64,000 nucleotides of DNA, from positions 1 to 64,000 of the forward strand of contig JABVCE010000012.1 in the NCBI GenBank assembly GCA_014905635.1, read 5' to 3'. Position 1 is the first letter of the stretch, and every line of letters begins with the position of its first letter. The position numbers and the translations under genes were made by a program. This document shows positions 46,117 to 58,578 of the stretch, in pieces. This DNA comes from Scenedesmus sp. PABB004 (taxonomy: Eukaryota). Below the pieces are notes generated by a model, which saw nothing but the letters and a program-made list of their open reading frames with translations, had not been told where the DNA came from and did no database searches.

Positions 46117-49100
46117 GAGCCCGCAGCAGCTCCACCAGCAGCACCACCAGCTGATGCAGCAGCACAGCCAGCAGCTCAGCCAGCAGCCGTCGCCGGCGCC
46201 GCCGCGCTGTGCGGCGCCGGCGCTGGCGCAGAGCGCGGCGCTGGGCGAGGGCGGCGGCGACCCGTACGGCCGGCTCGCGGGGCGCATGCTGGGCATGGTC
46301 AACGAGCTGCGCAGCGCGGGCGCCGACGTGGAGCTGGAGCTGCCGCGCATCGTGGTCGTCGGGCAGCAGTCGGCGGGCAAGTCGAGCGTCGTCGAGGTGC
46401 GCGGCGGGCGCGCAGCGCGCAGCGCGCAGCGCGCCGCCGCCGGCTGCGCCGCGCCAGCGCCCCCGCCGGCTGCCGCCCGCCGCCGCCCGCCCACGGCGCC
46501 GCGCGCCCTGGGCCTCTGCCCGCGCGGGCGCAGGCCATCTGCGGCATCCCCCTGCCGCGCAGCGCCGACACCTGCACGCGCTGCCCGACCGAGGTCCGGC
46601 TCAGCACCGCGCCGCCGGCATCGGGGTCGGCATGGGAGGCGACCGTCAAGATCCGGCGCGAGCGCGGCCAGGGCCCGGCCGGCGACGGCGGGCCGGCGGC
46701 CTGGCAGCTGGCCCAGGCAGCGCAGGCGGGGCGCGGAGCCCCGCGGGCAGCCGCGTCGCGTCCGCCAGCGCCGACGGCGACGGCGCGCCCTGCTGCGAGG
46801 TGCTTTTCCAGGCGGGCATCGGCGCCCCCGCCGACCTGCCGGCGGCGGTCGCGGCCGCGCAGAGCGCGCTGCTCACGGGCGACGCGGCGGCCGCCGGCGC
46901 CGCCACCGGCGCTGGCGCTGGCGACCGCGCCGGCGCCGGCAACCGCGGCGGCGGCGGCGGCGCGCTGAAGTTCAGTGCCGACGTGGTCGTCGTCGAGGTG
47001 CGGGGCGCGGGGACGGACCTCACGCTGATGGACCTGCCCGGTATTATCCACGCGGTGGAGCGGCCCGAGGACGAGCATTACAAGGGCCTCGTGGCTGGCC
47101 TCGCGGCGGGCGCCATGGCCCGCCCCGGCACTGTGATCGTCGCGACAGTGACGTGCAAGGAGGACATTGACACCCAGGCGCGCGCGGGGCGGGCGCTGGG
47201 CGGCGGCGCGCGCGGCGGCTCAGCAGGCAGGGCCCGACCCAGATCCCGCCGCCGTGCACGCGCACAGGTCGTGCTGTCGATGGCGCGCGCTGCCGACCCC
47301 GGCGGCGAGCGCACGCTGGGCGTGCTGACCAAGCCCGACCAGGTCGAGGAGGGCTGCCACGCCCAGTGGCTGGCCGTGCTCGCCGGCGAGCGGTGAGCGC
47401 CGCGCCGCGCGGCGTGGCACCGTCGGTGCGCGCCGCACCACCGCGCAGCGCCCCGCCTCACCGCCCCGCCTCCCTGCGCCGCCGCCGGCCCGGCTCCCCC
47501 GTGCAGCTACCCGCTGAGCCTGGGGTGGTACGTCGTGAAAAACCCCAGCCAGTCGGCGCTCGCGCGCGGCACGACCGCCGCGGCGGCGCGGCAGGGCGAG
47601 GAGTCGTTCTTCGCCGCCACCACGCCCTGGCGGGGGCTGCCGAGCGCGACGCGCGCGCGCCTGGGTGCGCGCGCCGCACCGCGCGGGGCCGCCGAGCGCG
47701 GCGCCGTCGCCGGCCCTCCGCCGCGCGCCACCCGCCCGCCGAGGCCGTCGTGCGCGCATGCCGCCCCGCAGGCAGTCTGCAGCTGCGCGAGGCAATGAGC
47801 AAGCAGCTGGTGCGCATGGTCGCCGCGGCGCGGCCAGGGCTCATGGCCGCCGCGGCGGCGCAGCTGGCGGCGGTGCGGGCGGAGCTCGGCGCGCTGCCGC
47901 CCGCGGCGGCGCTCGGCGAGCCGCACGCCCAGCTGCTGCAGCTCATCGACGGCCTGTCTGGCAGCATTGATGACGAGGTGCTGGCGCGGAGCCAGAGCAA
48001 AGCCTTTTATCAGCACCTGCTGGTGCAGTTCCAGGCGCTCAAGTCGGCGCTGGCGGGCGCGCGGCCCTGCTTCCTGCTGCCGTCGTCGTCTGGGCGCGGC
48101 AGCAACTCCGGCGGCAGCGGCGGCGCCGGCGGCAGCAGCTTCCTCGCCGTCACGTGCGCGCTCGACGACGACCTCGGCGGCGGGCCCGACGAGCCGCGCG
48201 CCGCCGCGACGCAGCAGCTGCTGCTCACCGGCGGCGCGGGCGCGGGCCTGGCCATCCGCGCCGTCGGCGCGCCGCGCGGCGGCGGCGGCGGCGCCGACGA
48301 CGGCGCCGCCAGCGCGCCCGCCACGCCCGGCGGCGCGCGGCCGATGCCGGCGTCGTTTGACATATTTGAGCGCGGCGTCGCCGCCGCCGGCGGCGGCGCT
48401 AAGGCGGGCCTGGCTGCCTTCATTACCTCGGCCTCCATGTCCGGCGCCACCGCAGGCGCGCTGCTGCTCGCGCCCTGCCCGCTGCAGGTGCTGCTGCCGC
48501 CGGACGCGCCGGAAGGTGCGCGCCCCGGGCGGCCAGCGCGGCGCAGGCGGCGCGCACGCGCGACGTCGGCTGCGCGTGGTGGCGTCGGCGGCCGCCGCGC
48601 CTCCGTTGCGTCCGACGCGCGCGCCGCCGCCCGCGCTCCGCCTCTTTGCCGCAGTGCGGCGCGGGCTGACGCTGGAGCACGTGCGCCAGCTGGTGGAGGC
48701 GCACCACAGCATTGAGCTCCCTGGCTTCTCCCCCTATAGCGCTGTGCAGGACCTCGTCGCGCGGCACCAGCAGAGCTGGCCCCTGCTCGCGGCGGAGTGC
48801 GCGTCCGCGGCGCACCGCCAGCTGCTGACGCTCGTCACGCTGCACGTCGACCGCACCTTTGGCCGCTTCCCCCGCGCGGCGGAGCACATCAGGCGCGCGC
48901 GGCCGCGCGGCGCATGGCCTAGCGCGCCGCCGCAGCGCCGGCCCGCGCCGCGCGGCGCTGACCGCCGCCGCCGCGCCGCCGCCATTGCTCGCGACAGGGA
49001 CCTCGCGTCGCAGCTGCTGCTGGAGCTGCACGCCGAGACGTCGGCGGCGGTGGAGGGCATGGTGGCCATGGAGATGGGCAGCGCCTTCGCGGTCGCGCGG

Positions 49101-49676
49101 CGCGAGTTCCAGCGCTGCAGCGCGCTGCACCTGGAGGGCCTGCGCGCGCTGCTGGCGGCCGCGGGCCCCGCCGCCGCCTTTGCGACGAGCGTCGGCGCCA
49201 ACACCAGCGCGGGCGCGCCCGCCGCTGCCGCGGCCGAGGCGGCGCCGGGCGACGGCCGGCCGGCCGGCGCCGCGGCGCCGCCCGCCGCGGCGCTGCCGGG
49301 CCCGCCGCCCGCGTGCGCCAGCGGGTGCGGCGCGGGGCCGGGGCTGTACGAGGCGCCCGGGGCGCTGCCGCCGCTGCCCGCGACCGCGACGGGCGCGGGC
49401 GAGCTGCTGAGCATGATGGCGGTCGCGCTGGCCTACTACGCCCTAAGTGCGCGCCGCGTCGGCGACGGCGTGTGCCTGTGCGTGAGCCACCACCTGATCA
49501 GCGCGCTGCGCGCGAAGCTCCGCGGCCGCCTCGCGGCGCAGCTGCTCGCGCTGCGCCGCGACGACGTGGCGGGGCTGCTCACGGAGGACGCGGGCGCCGC
49601 GGCGCGCCGCGCCGAGCTCAAGGCGCGGCGGGACCTGCTGGAGCAGGCGCTCCGCGTCATGCGCGCGGCGGGCTGA
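45734..49676 (+). CDS. Dynamin-related GTPase, Mx/DRP4-like
   Basis: LPRIVVVGQQSAGKSSVVE (G1), LPRSADTCTRCPTE (G2), LMDLPGII (G3), RTLGVLTKPD (G4), LGWYVVKN, ELPGFSPY and a C-terminal GED-like helix LLTED...RRAELKARRDLLEQAL. Confidence 0.9.
46027..46185 (+). repeat. (CAG)n poly-Gln tract in the dynamin N-terminus
   Basis: In-frame CAG runs interrupted by His, Ser and Pro codons. Confidence 0.9.
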
Positions 49677-50114
49677 TGCGATGGGACGTGGTGAGGCGGG
49701 CGCCAGGGGCAGTGGGGGCCAGCGCCCGTGCGCGCGGCGCGTGGCGGCAGCGCGGGCGGAGCGCCGAGCAGGAGGGGGAGGGGCAGGCAGCTTTGTTTGC
49801 GCAGCGCTTTAGAGAGACAGGGGGTTAGGCAGGCAGCAGGCAGGACAGGCATCGGTCGGGGCCGGCGCGTGCGCGAGCGCCGCCGCGCCCCCAATAGCCG
49901 GCAGTGATCACGCCGCGCGCTGCTGGGCGGTGAGCGCGGCGCAGCCCCGCGCGCTGTCGCCTCCCGGCCCCGGCGGCGCACGCGCGCCTGCTGCCGGGCC
50001 GGGAACGCAGTCGCTGCAGCAACGGCAGCATTGACGCGCGTCGCGTGTGGGTTACAGGGCCCGGTCGCCGCACTGCTCTCCTGCTGTAAACGTCGCGCCA
50101 AATGCTGCCGCTGG

Positions 50115-51328
50115 CTACGCGGCGCCCGGCTTGCCTGCCTCGGCCTTGCCCGGCTTGGCCTTGGCCGCCTCGGCCTTCCCCGGCCTGGCCTTGGCCGCCG
50201 CCGGCGCGGGGCGCGCCGCCTTGGGCCGGCCGAGGGGCGCCAGGTACTTCTCCGCCAGCTCCGCCTGCGGCGGCGCGGCGCGGCCCGCGTGGTGGGCCCC
50301 CACGCGCGAGAGTGCGCGCGCGCCGCGGCAGGCCGGGCGCGAGGGTCGGGCCGACCGCTCGTGCCGCCCAGACCCCCTGGGGCGCGCCTGCGTCTTGGCG
50401 CGCGTCTCCTTGCAGCGCTCGTAGAGGCTGGCCATGTAGGTGATGCTGTCGGCCTCGCTCACCGCCTTGACCGGGACGTACGCCTCACGCGTGCCCTCGT
50501 ACGTCAGCTTCACCGCCTGCGCGGGCACCGGCGGCCCGCGACGGCGGCTCGATGCTGGCCGCGGCCCCTGCGTCGGCCGCGCGGGGCGACGTGCGCGGCG
50601 GCGGGGCGCTGCGCGCCGCACGTGCGGCCGTGGCGGCAGGTCGTCGTCCGCGTGCTTGGCCGTGCAGAGGCGGTCGACCATCGCTGCCAGCTGCTCGGGC
50701 TCCAGCTTCCTGCTCCTGAACACACAGCCCGTGGCAATGTGCCAGTCCGCCTTGTCGCCCTGCGCGCCGCGCGCAGCCGCGCTGTCAGCGCGGCGCCGCG
50801 CTGCCAGCCCCGCGGCCCTGGAGCATGGGGGGCCCGCTGGCAACGCGCCTGGGTCTTCTGCAGGCTCTTGAGTATGCGCAGCGCGGTGGGCGTGGTCAGC
50901 CGCTCGGCGGCGGTCTCCACGTGCTCCGCAGCCTTGGCCGGCGGCGCCTCGGCGGCTGGCTCCTGCGCCAGCGGCGTGGCACTGCTGGCGGCGCGCGACC
51001 GCGCGGGCCCCGGCTCCGGCTCTGCCGCTGCCCCCGGCTCTGCCGCGGCCTCCAGTGCGGCCGCCGCCGCCGGCTCTGCTGCCGCCTCCGGCGCGGCCGT
51101 ACCGCTCGTGCTGCTGCCACTGCCGTCGCCGCCGCCCGCCGCCGTGGGCTCGTCCAGCTGCGCCTGCAGCTCCTCCGTGTCGGGCTGCAGCTCCTGGGCG
51201 CGCGCGTCCTCCGCGTCGGCGCCAGCGCCGCCGCCCGACTCTGCGCCGCTGAGCTGCTCGTCGGACGCCCCCGCCTCGCACAGGGCGCCCGCCGGCGCGG
51301 CGGCGGGCTGGCCGCCCTCCTCCTCCAT
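50115..51328 (-). CDS. Hypothetical protein (4 exons), acidic N-terminus and Lys/Ala-rich C-terminus
   Basis: MEEEGG...LKSLQKTQ | GDKADWHIATGCVF...PPRPH | AVKLTYEG...RAKTQ | AELAEKYLAP; TGTAA at 50052-50056 on the minus strand. Confidence 0.7.
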
Positions 51329-51756
51329 CGCGGGCGGAGCCTGCGGCGCGCGAGCAGCAGCGCGCGCGGCGGCGGCGTGCGGCGGCGAGCGGCGGCCAGC
51401 GGCGGTGGCCGTGAGCTGTGGCCGGGCGTGCGGGCCACGGGAGAGTGGGGGCGGCGGCGCGGCGGCGCGCACCCGCAGCGCTCGCGCTGACCGCCGCTGC
51501 TCCCGGTGGTCGTCGAGCGGCGCTCGGCTGCTGAACGCGCGCGAGTGAACGTATGCGTGCTCGAGGGCCGTGCGCCACACCGGCAGCCCTGGGACAACGC
51601 TTCGCGTCGCTTTCCCGCCTAGGCCCGCGACATCGCGCCCACGCCGCCCAGCCGCCACAAACGCCACCCCCATCACTCAACAACGCCTGCGATGCTTCCC
51701 AGCACCCGCCGCGCCTCGGCGGCGCGGGGCCGGCGAGAGCAGTAGCGGCGGCGGCG

Positions 51757-52902
51757 ATGCGCCGCTCGGGCGCCCGGCGGCCCGCGCCGGGCGAGCCGGT
51801 GGCGCAGGACAGCGACGCGGCCAGCGCGGCCAGCGAGCTGTCGTTCAGGGGCCGCGGCGGCGGCGGCGGCGCGTCGTCGTCGAGCAGCGGCACCGCCGCC
51901 GACGAGTTCCTGCTCATCGTGGTGCGCGAGGCCCGCAACCTGGTGCCCAAGGACGCCCACCATGACTCGACCGCCAGCCGCTACCCGTGAGCTGCTGCGA
52001 CCCGCGCGAGCGCCGCGGCCGTTGCCGCGCGCGCGCCGCCGCCGACGCGACGGTGCCGCCGCCACGCAGCTTCGCGCGCGTCACGCTCGGGGGTGCCAGC
52101 CGCAAGACGCGCGCGATCAGCGGCACGACGCACCCACTGTGGGAGCAGGGCCAGCTGTTTGCGCTCGAGGGCGTGCCGGAGGAGGAGCCGCTGCTGGTGC
52201 AGCTCTTTGACCGCGACTCCCTCCGTGCCAAGGAGTTCCTCGGCCAGGTGCGGCACGCGCGTCCTGCAAGCAGCGGCGGCGCGTCCTGCGAGCATCGGCG
52301 GGTGCATCCTGCGAGCAGCGGCGGCGCGTCCTGCGAGCGGGCGCTCGCCCGCCGCCGCTGCCGCCGCCGCGCCGCGCCGCGCCAGGTCATCATGACGCTG
52401 GGCAAGGCGCTGGAGATTGCCACGAGCAGCGGCTGCGGCGAGGCGTACTGGTTTGGGCTGAGCCGGCGGCACCCGGGGGACGTCGTGTCGGGCGAGCTGT
52501 GCCTCGGCTTCCGCCTCGTCGACGCGGTCACCTATGTCCAGGTAGGTCAGCGTGAGCGCCGCGCCCTGCTGGGGCAGCGCGTGTGTGTGTGTGTGTGTGT
52601 GGGGGGGGGGGGGCAGAGACTGGCTGGGGGGCAGGAGGGATCGAGGGAAGGGGGGGCGCCGCGGCGGCGCCGCGCGCCAACGCCCCGCCGCCAACGCCCG
52701 CCGCCTGGTCGCGTGCGCAGCTGGTGGCGGAGCTGGAGGGCCAGGCGGACCAGGAGGCCATCGCGGCGCGGCTGGCGGGCAAGGCGCTGCACGTGCAGCT
52801 CAGGGGCCTGAACGGCCTCGCCGCCAGCGGCCTGCTCGGCGGCGGCGCCGGCCCGGCAGCGCCGGCGGCGGCGACGGCGAGCCCGGCAGCGGCGGCGGCG
52901 CC

Positions 52903-52934
<32 letters not shown>

Positions 52935-55685
52935 GGAGCAGGGGCTGAGTCTCCTCATCAAGTTTGGCCGGCTCGCTATTGAGAAGCCCCTCCCCCGCCT
53001 GCAGCCCGCCGCGCAGTGAGCTGCCGCCGCCGGCCCGCGCGCGCCGCGCTGCCGCGGGCGCGGGCGGCGCCGCTGCGCTGCCGCGCCGCGCGCGCGCCGA
53101 CCCCGGCCGCCCCGCCGTGGCCAGGGCGGGCGGCGCGTGCGGTTGCTTTGAGCTGGCGGTGGACGAGGAGGTGATCTTCCCCTTGCGCCGGCGGTGCGCG
53201 CCCCGCCCCTCGCGGCGCGCAAGAAGGGCGAGGTGCGGCGCCGCCGCGCCGTGCTTGCGCGGCGCCGCAGCGCGGGCGGGCCTCCCTCCCACTCCCTGCC
53301 CACGCGCGCGGCCCTGCCACCGCCCACGATCTCCTCGCCCCGCCCCGCCCCGTCAGCTGCTGGACATCAAGCTGTACCTGCGCTCCGCCGTGACGGGCGC
53401 CGTCATCGCCAAGACACAGGCGCGGCGCCGGCGGGCACCCGCTCTCACTCTCTCTCTCGCGCGCGCACCCCCTGCCTGCCGCGACACCCCGCGCGCGCGC
53501 CGAGCCGCCGACGCACCCCCCCCTGTCCGTCCGACTGCCGCGGTGCAGATCCCGATCTGGGACGTGCCGGCCGCGAGCGCGGCGGCGCCGGGGGCGCACG
53601 CGGAGCCCGGCGGCGCGCCGCGGCCGCCCGGCGCGAGCGGGCCGGCCACCGGCGCGAGCACGCCCGAAGCGCAGGCGTCCGGCGCGGGGGGCGGCGGCGA
53701 CGCGCCCGCCGCGGCGGCGCGGCTGCTGGACAGGGCGGGCCTGGCGGCGGCGCTCATCGGCCGGCAGGGGAGCGGCTCGACCGCGGACAGCGCGGCCGGC
53801 ACGCCGCGGTCGACGCCGAGCACGCCGCGCGGCGCCATGCCGCCGCCGGGCGGGCCGCCGGGCTCGCCGCCGGCGCCGGGCGGCGCCGGCGTCAACATGC
53901 GGCGCGCCAAGTCGGACGCCGCGGGGCTGCTGGCCCCGGGGAGGGCAGCGGGCGGCGCGCGCAGCCTGCTGCTGCAGGAGGGCAGCCTCTGCGCCGTCAC
54001 CGCGACCCGCGCGCCGTCTGCGGGCGCGGCGCAGCGGGGGCGCAAGGTGCACGGCCTGACTGAGCTGAACGACACCTTCAAGGCCAGGGCCTTCCGCTCC
54101 ATGCTCCCCGCGCCGCGCGAGGTGCGGACGGCGCGCGGGCGCAGGGCCGCGGGGACGCGGCCGCGGGGCCGGCGACGCCCCGCGCGCGCGGCGGCTGACG
54201 CCGCGGCTGCGCCGCCGCGGCCGCTGGCGCGCGCAGGCGAGCCGCATGGGCTGGGCGCCCACGCGCGCTGCGCCGGACGGCGCCGAGCCCGCGGCGGCGG
54301 GCCTGCGGTTGTATTGCCGCACGCTGGAGGCCTGCGTGCCGCTCCACACGCAGCTGGAGCTCGCGCTGGCGCTGGGCGTGGTGCCGCAGCCCGCGGCGGC
54401 AGCCGCGCCGGGCGGCGCAGAGCTGGCAGGCGGCGGCGGCGGCGGCGCGGCCGCGCTGTCGGCGCTGGGCTCGGACGACACCGACGACGAGGGCGAGGCC
54501 GAGGGCGACGCCGGGGCCTGCGACGAGGCGGCGGCGGGCGGTGCGGCGCTGACGTTGCCGGCGCCATTTGACCAGGTGCTGCTGGAGACGCAGCTCGAGG
54601 TCGGCGTGGCTGCGCTGCAGGCGCTGCTGCTCGATGCCGGCTCGCCGCTCATGGCGGCGCACTGGGCGGCCGAGGGCCTGCGCGACGTCGTCGTGGGGCC
54701 CTGGGCGCCGGGCGGCGTGCCGGGCGTGCTCAGCGCGCGGAGCGTGAGCTACGTCAAGCGGCTGAGCATCCCCTTTGCGCCCAAGCAGTGCCAGGTGGGG
54801 CGCAGCGCGGCACCCGCGCGGCACCCGCGCCCCGCGCGCCTGCGGACCCCCGCGCACCGACGCCGGGGCCCGCGCCGCGCCCTTGCCGCGGTCCAGGTGT
54901 GGGAGGAGCACCAGGTGCTCGCGCGCTGTGGCGGCGGCTTTGTCGTCCAGCACGTCTGCACCAATGACGCCCCCAAGGGCGACTGCTTCCGCGCGCTCGT
55001 GCAGCTCGCCTGCAGCGCCACGGCGCCGGACGCCTGCCGCCTGCGCGTCAGCATGAAGGTGTGTGTGTGTGTGGGGGGGGGGGGCTGCGCCAGCGGGCGG
55101 CTGCTGCGCCAGCGGCGGCGGCACGGCGTGGCCGATCGGCGGACGGCAAGCGCCGCAGCCGGCTGGCCAAGCGCGCTGAGGCCGCGCGCGCGCGCGCGCC
55201 GCCCGCAGCTGGACTGGCACAGGAGCACGCTGGGCAAGGCGCTTGTGGTGGCGGGGGCCGAGGCGGACGCCAGGCGCAGCTGGGCGCGGCTCGTGACGGT
55301 GCTGCGCCAGCACGTCGCCACGGGCGGCAGCGCGCCGGGTGTCGGCGCAGCCGCCGACGACCCGGCCGCGCTGCAGCAGCAGCCGGAGCAGCAGCTGCAG
55401 GATGCGCCACCCGCTCGCATCAGCTTTGGCGGCGCGCGCATCAGTTTTGGCGGCGCCCGCGCCGGCAGCATGCCCGGCGCGCGGCACGCAGCAGCAGCGG
55501 CGAGCGCGCCGGCCCTGCTCGTGGCAGCGGTGGCCGCGCTCGCGCTGCTCTTGCTGGCACTGGCGGTCTGGATGGGCGCACGAAGCATCAGCGCCGAGCT
55601 GCACGAGCTCAACTCAGCGCTGCGCGCGCTCAACGGCACGGCGCGCGCCGAGAGGCTGCTGGTGGCCCGCACGGGGGAGCTGTGA
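51757..55685 (+). CDS. C2-domain and VASt (StARkin) domain protein with C-terminal TM helix; putative membrane-contact lipid transfer protein
   Basis: C2: LIVVREARNLVPKD...PFARVTLG...KTRAI...HPLWE...VQLFDRD...EFLGQ. VASt-like: DVVVGPW...RSVSYVK...DAPKGDCF...CRLRVS. Hydrophobic helix at ~55510-55575. Confidence 0.8.
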
Positions 55686-56212
55686 GATGAGGGACGGGGG
55701 GCGGTGGGGCTGTGAGATGTGGCCGGGCGCGCACAAGGGACGCCATGCAGCAGCCGAGGCCAGCAGGGCAGCGGCCTGACCAGTGGCGGGGAGGGGGGAG
55801 GCATGCTGCCCATTCCTGACTCACGACGCCTCGCTCTCACCAACCAATCTTTCCACCACCTTGGCCGCTGGCTGGGACATGGGCCGCGCGGCCCCCCCGC
55901 CGGGCCCTCCGCCTGGCGCAGGGCGCGGCTGCTGCGCGGCATTGAGCGAGCGCGCCGCGGTGCGCCGGGTCGAGCGATCGGCTCCCTGTGCGTCCGGCCT
56001 GCGCTTGCAGGTGTGTGGGCTCCTCCTGGGCGCGGGGCGGCACGCCTGTTTTGCATGGCGGGATTGGCGCGCAACCAGCCAATTGCCCGTGAGCGCGGCG
56101 CGCTCCGGACCTGCGCGGGGCGCCGGCTGCCCTCTCCGCCGGCGCATGGCCAAGCCAAGGGGCTCTGGAACTCGGGCCCCGGAGTCCCGGCTGGGGGGGG
56201 GGCTTCTCCGTG

Positions 56213-57634
56213 TTACGACGCGCCGCCGCGCCCCTCGCCGCCGTCGCACAGCATGGTGCCCAGCACGGCGGCGCACTTGAAGCAGGCGCCGTATAGGCGC
56301 CCGTGCTCGCGGCTGGCGCTCGGGTCCAGCCCCACCGGCGGCACGGCGCGCCCGGCCTTGGCGGGCGTGGCGGTGCCGGGCGCGCTGCCGCACCAGACCT
56401 CCGCGAGCCCGAGCGGCTCCCAGCCCTCGGCCGCGGCGGCGTGCAGCAGCTTGGGCGCCGCGCAGTCGCCCACGCCCGCGGGCATGCCGAGGAAAGCGCC
56501 CGCACGTGTGAGCGGCAGGCCGTCACGCTCCGCGGCGCGGCGGTAGGCCTCCAGCAGCGCCAGGTCCCGCCCGCCGGCGTCGCGCGTGAGGTAGGAGCGC
56601 TGAACCTCCTCCAGCAGTGCGTGCGACAGCCGCCGCCGCCGGCCCTTGAGCAGCGCCGCCTGCGCCGCCATCCAGCGCAGCCGCGCGGGGCTCGGCTCCT
56701 CCGCGGCGGCCGCCGGCTGCGGCGGCGCCGGCTCCTCCCCCCGCTGCTGCTCCTGCCGCGGCTGCGCCTGCGGCTCCTGTTCCTGCCGCGGCTGCGGCGC
56801 GGCCCGCGCCCGTTGCGCGCCGCCGCGGGCTGCCTGGCACGCGGCGAGGCGTGCCGACATCGCCTCGATCAGCCGCCGCGCGCGCACGTAGCTGGGCGAC
56901 GCGCTGGTGAGGCCCGCGACCGGCGCCGCCCAGCCTGCGCGCGGCGCGCGGGACGCGCGGGCGGCGGGCGTCTCACTCTCACTCTCGCCCTCCACGCAGG
57001 CCGCGGGGGCCGCCGCCGCTGCGCGTGCGCCGCGCCTGCCACCACCCACCAGGGATGGCCCAGCTCTCGGTGATTTGCCCCGAAAAGGCCTTGAGCACGT
57101 GCCGCCCGCCCGCGCGGTCGCGCGCGACCAGCACGCCTGCCGGGCGCGGCGCGCCGCCGCCGCTGGTCAGCGCGCGCGCGCTGCGCTGCCGGGCCGGGCG
57201 CGGCGGGCGCGGCGGGCGCGGCCCTCACCGAGCATGCGCCCCGGGCCGTGCGAGGTGAGCATGCGCAGGCTGAAGCGGGGGTCGGGCTGCGGCGAGTCAA
57301 AGTCGAGCCGCCCGTGGCGCTGGATCGCTGCCATCAGCCGCTCGGCTGCGGCGCGGCGCGGGAGGTTAAGCCAGCGGCGGCGTCGCGGCATCGGGCGCCG
57401 TGCCAGCCGCACGCGCCGCGCCGGGCGCGCACCCTCGTCGGCGGCCTCCGGCGTGCAGGCCAGCCAGTGCTGGCGCCCGCAGCTGGTGCACGGACCGCCG
57501 TACGCCAGGGCGGGCCTGCGCCAGCTGCTGCTGCGCCTGGCCGCAGCCGCCGCCTGCGGCGCAGCGAGTGCAGCCGCTGCCCGCGCGCGCGTGGTCGGCC
57601 CGGCGCACCCCCGCGTGCGCGCCGGCGACGACAT
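56213..57634 (-). CDS. Protein resembling the N-terminal (non-catalytic) region of long bacterial RluA-family pseudouridine synthases
   Basis: Exons give GRMLGVLV...LKAFSGQ...W.IPGW, a coiled coil, then MPAGVGDCAAPKLL...PLGLAEVWCG...REHGRLYGACFKCAAVLGTML. No HRLD catalytic domain is visible. The Ser/Arg/Ala-rich N-terminus could be a transit peptide. Confidence 0.6.
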
Positions 57635-58245
57635 GGCGCCGCCTGGGGGCCTGTGAGCCAGCAGGGAGCAGCAGGCGGCGCCGGCAGCAGGGGCGAGCGC
57701 GCGGGCGGCGTGAGCGCGGCAGCAGCAGCAGCGCGCGGCGCCCGCCTCGGCGCCCCGGCGCCCCGGCGCGGCGGCGGGCCTGCCGGCGGCGCCCGGGGCG
57801 CGCAGGCCCGGCGGTCCACGCCACACGCCCGCCACCCGCGCACCGCCGGTGCCCCCGCCGCCCGCAGCGGGCGCCGCGCAGCACGGCCCGCCGCTGCCCT
57901 CCCCGCCCGCCCGCGCGCGCAGCTCACTTAGCGCTGCGCTGGGCGGGTCAGCCCGGCCGTCAGGCGCCCGACGCGCGTCGCCCCGCCTGGCCAGGGGCGC
58001 GGCGCGGGCGGGGGCGGGGGCGGGCGCTGGGCGGTGGCGGCAGCGCGTGTGCGTGGCGCGAGCTGTGGGTCGCGGCCGGCGCTTGTGTGCGTGCGTGTGC
58101 GGCAGGGAGGCGTCAGGGCGGCGGCTGTGGGCGTCAGGGCGGCGCGCGCGGGGGGCCTCCTCGGCGGCGGCGGCGCGGGCAGGCGGCCGGGCGGCGCCTG
58201 CGCCCTGGGCCCTGCACCGCCGCGCGCCGCTGCCGGCGGGCAGCG
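57635..58245 (-). repeat. Dispersed leader repeat, copy B, ending at the ATG of the RluA-N-like gene
   Basis: Ends ...CTCACAGGCCCCCAGGCGGCGCC-ATG (ATG at 57634). Confidence 0.85.
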
Positions 58246-58578
58246 CAGGGAGCGTGCCGCTGCCCGCGCACGGCGGCCGCATCGGGTGCGCACGGCCCGC
58301 GAAAGGGTGCGCCGCGCGGCCAGCCGGTTGCCAGCGCCGCCAACGTCAACTCGCCCCCCTTGCCAGCGCCACGTGCGTGCGTGCGCTCGGAGCTGCGTGC
58401 GCTGCCGCGCCGCGGCCATGGGCGCAGGCAGCGCGACGCGGCCCCACACACGCACACGCGCAACCGGGTGGCCGCCGGCCGCAGCGTGGGGCGCAGCGCA
58501 CGGCCGACCGCACTCACGCGGAGCGCTCCCCCTCATCCTCCTCTTCCTCCTCCTCCTCCGGGCCCCCCTCCACTTCGT

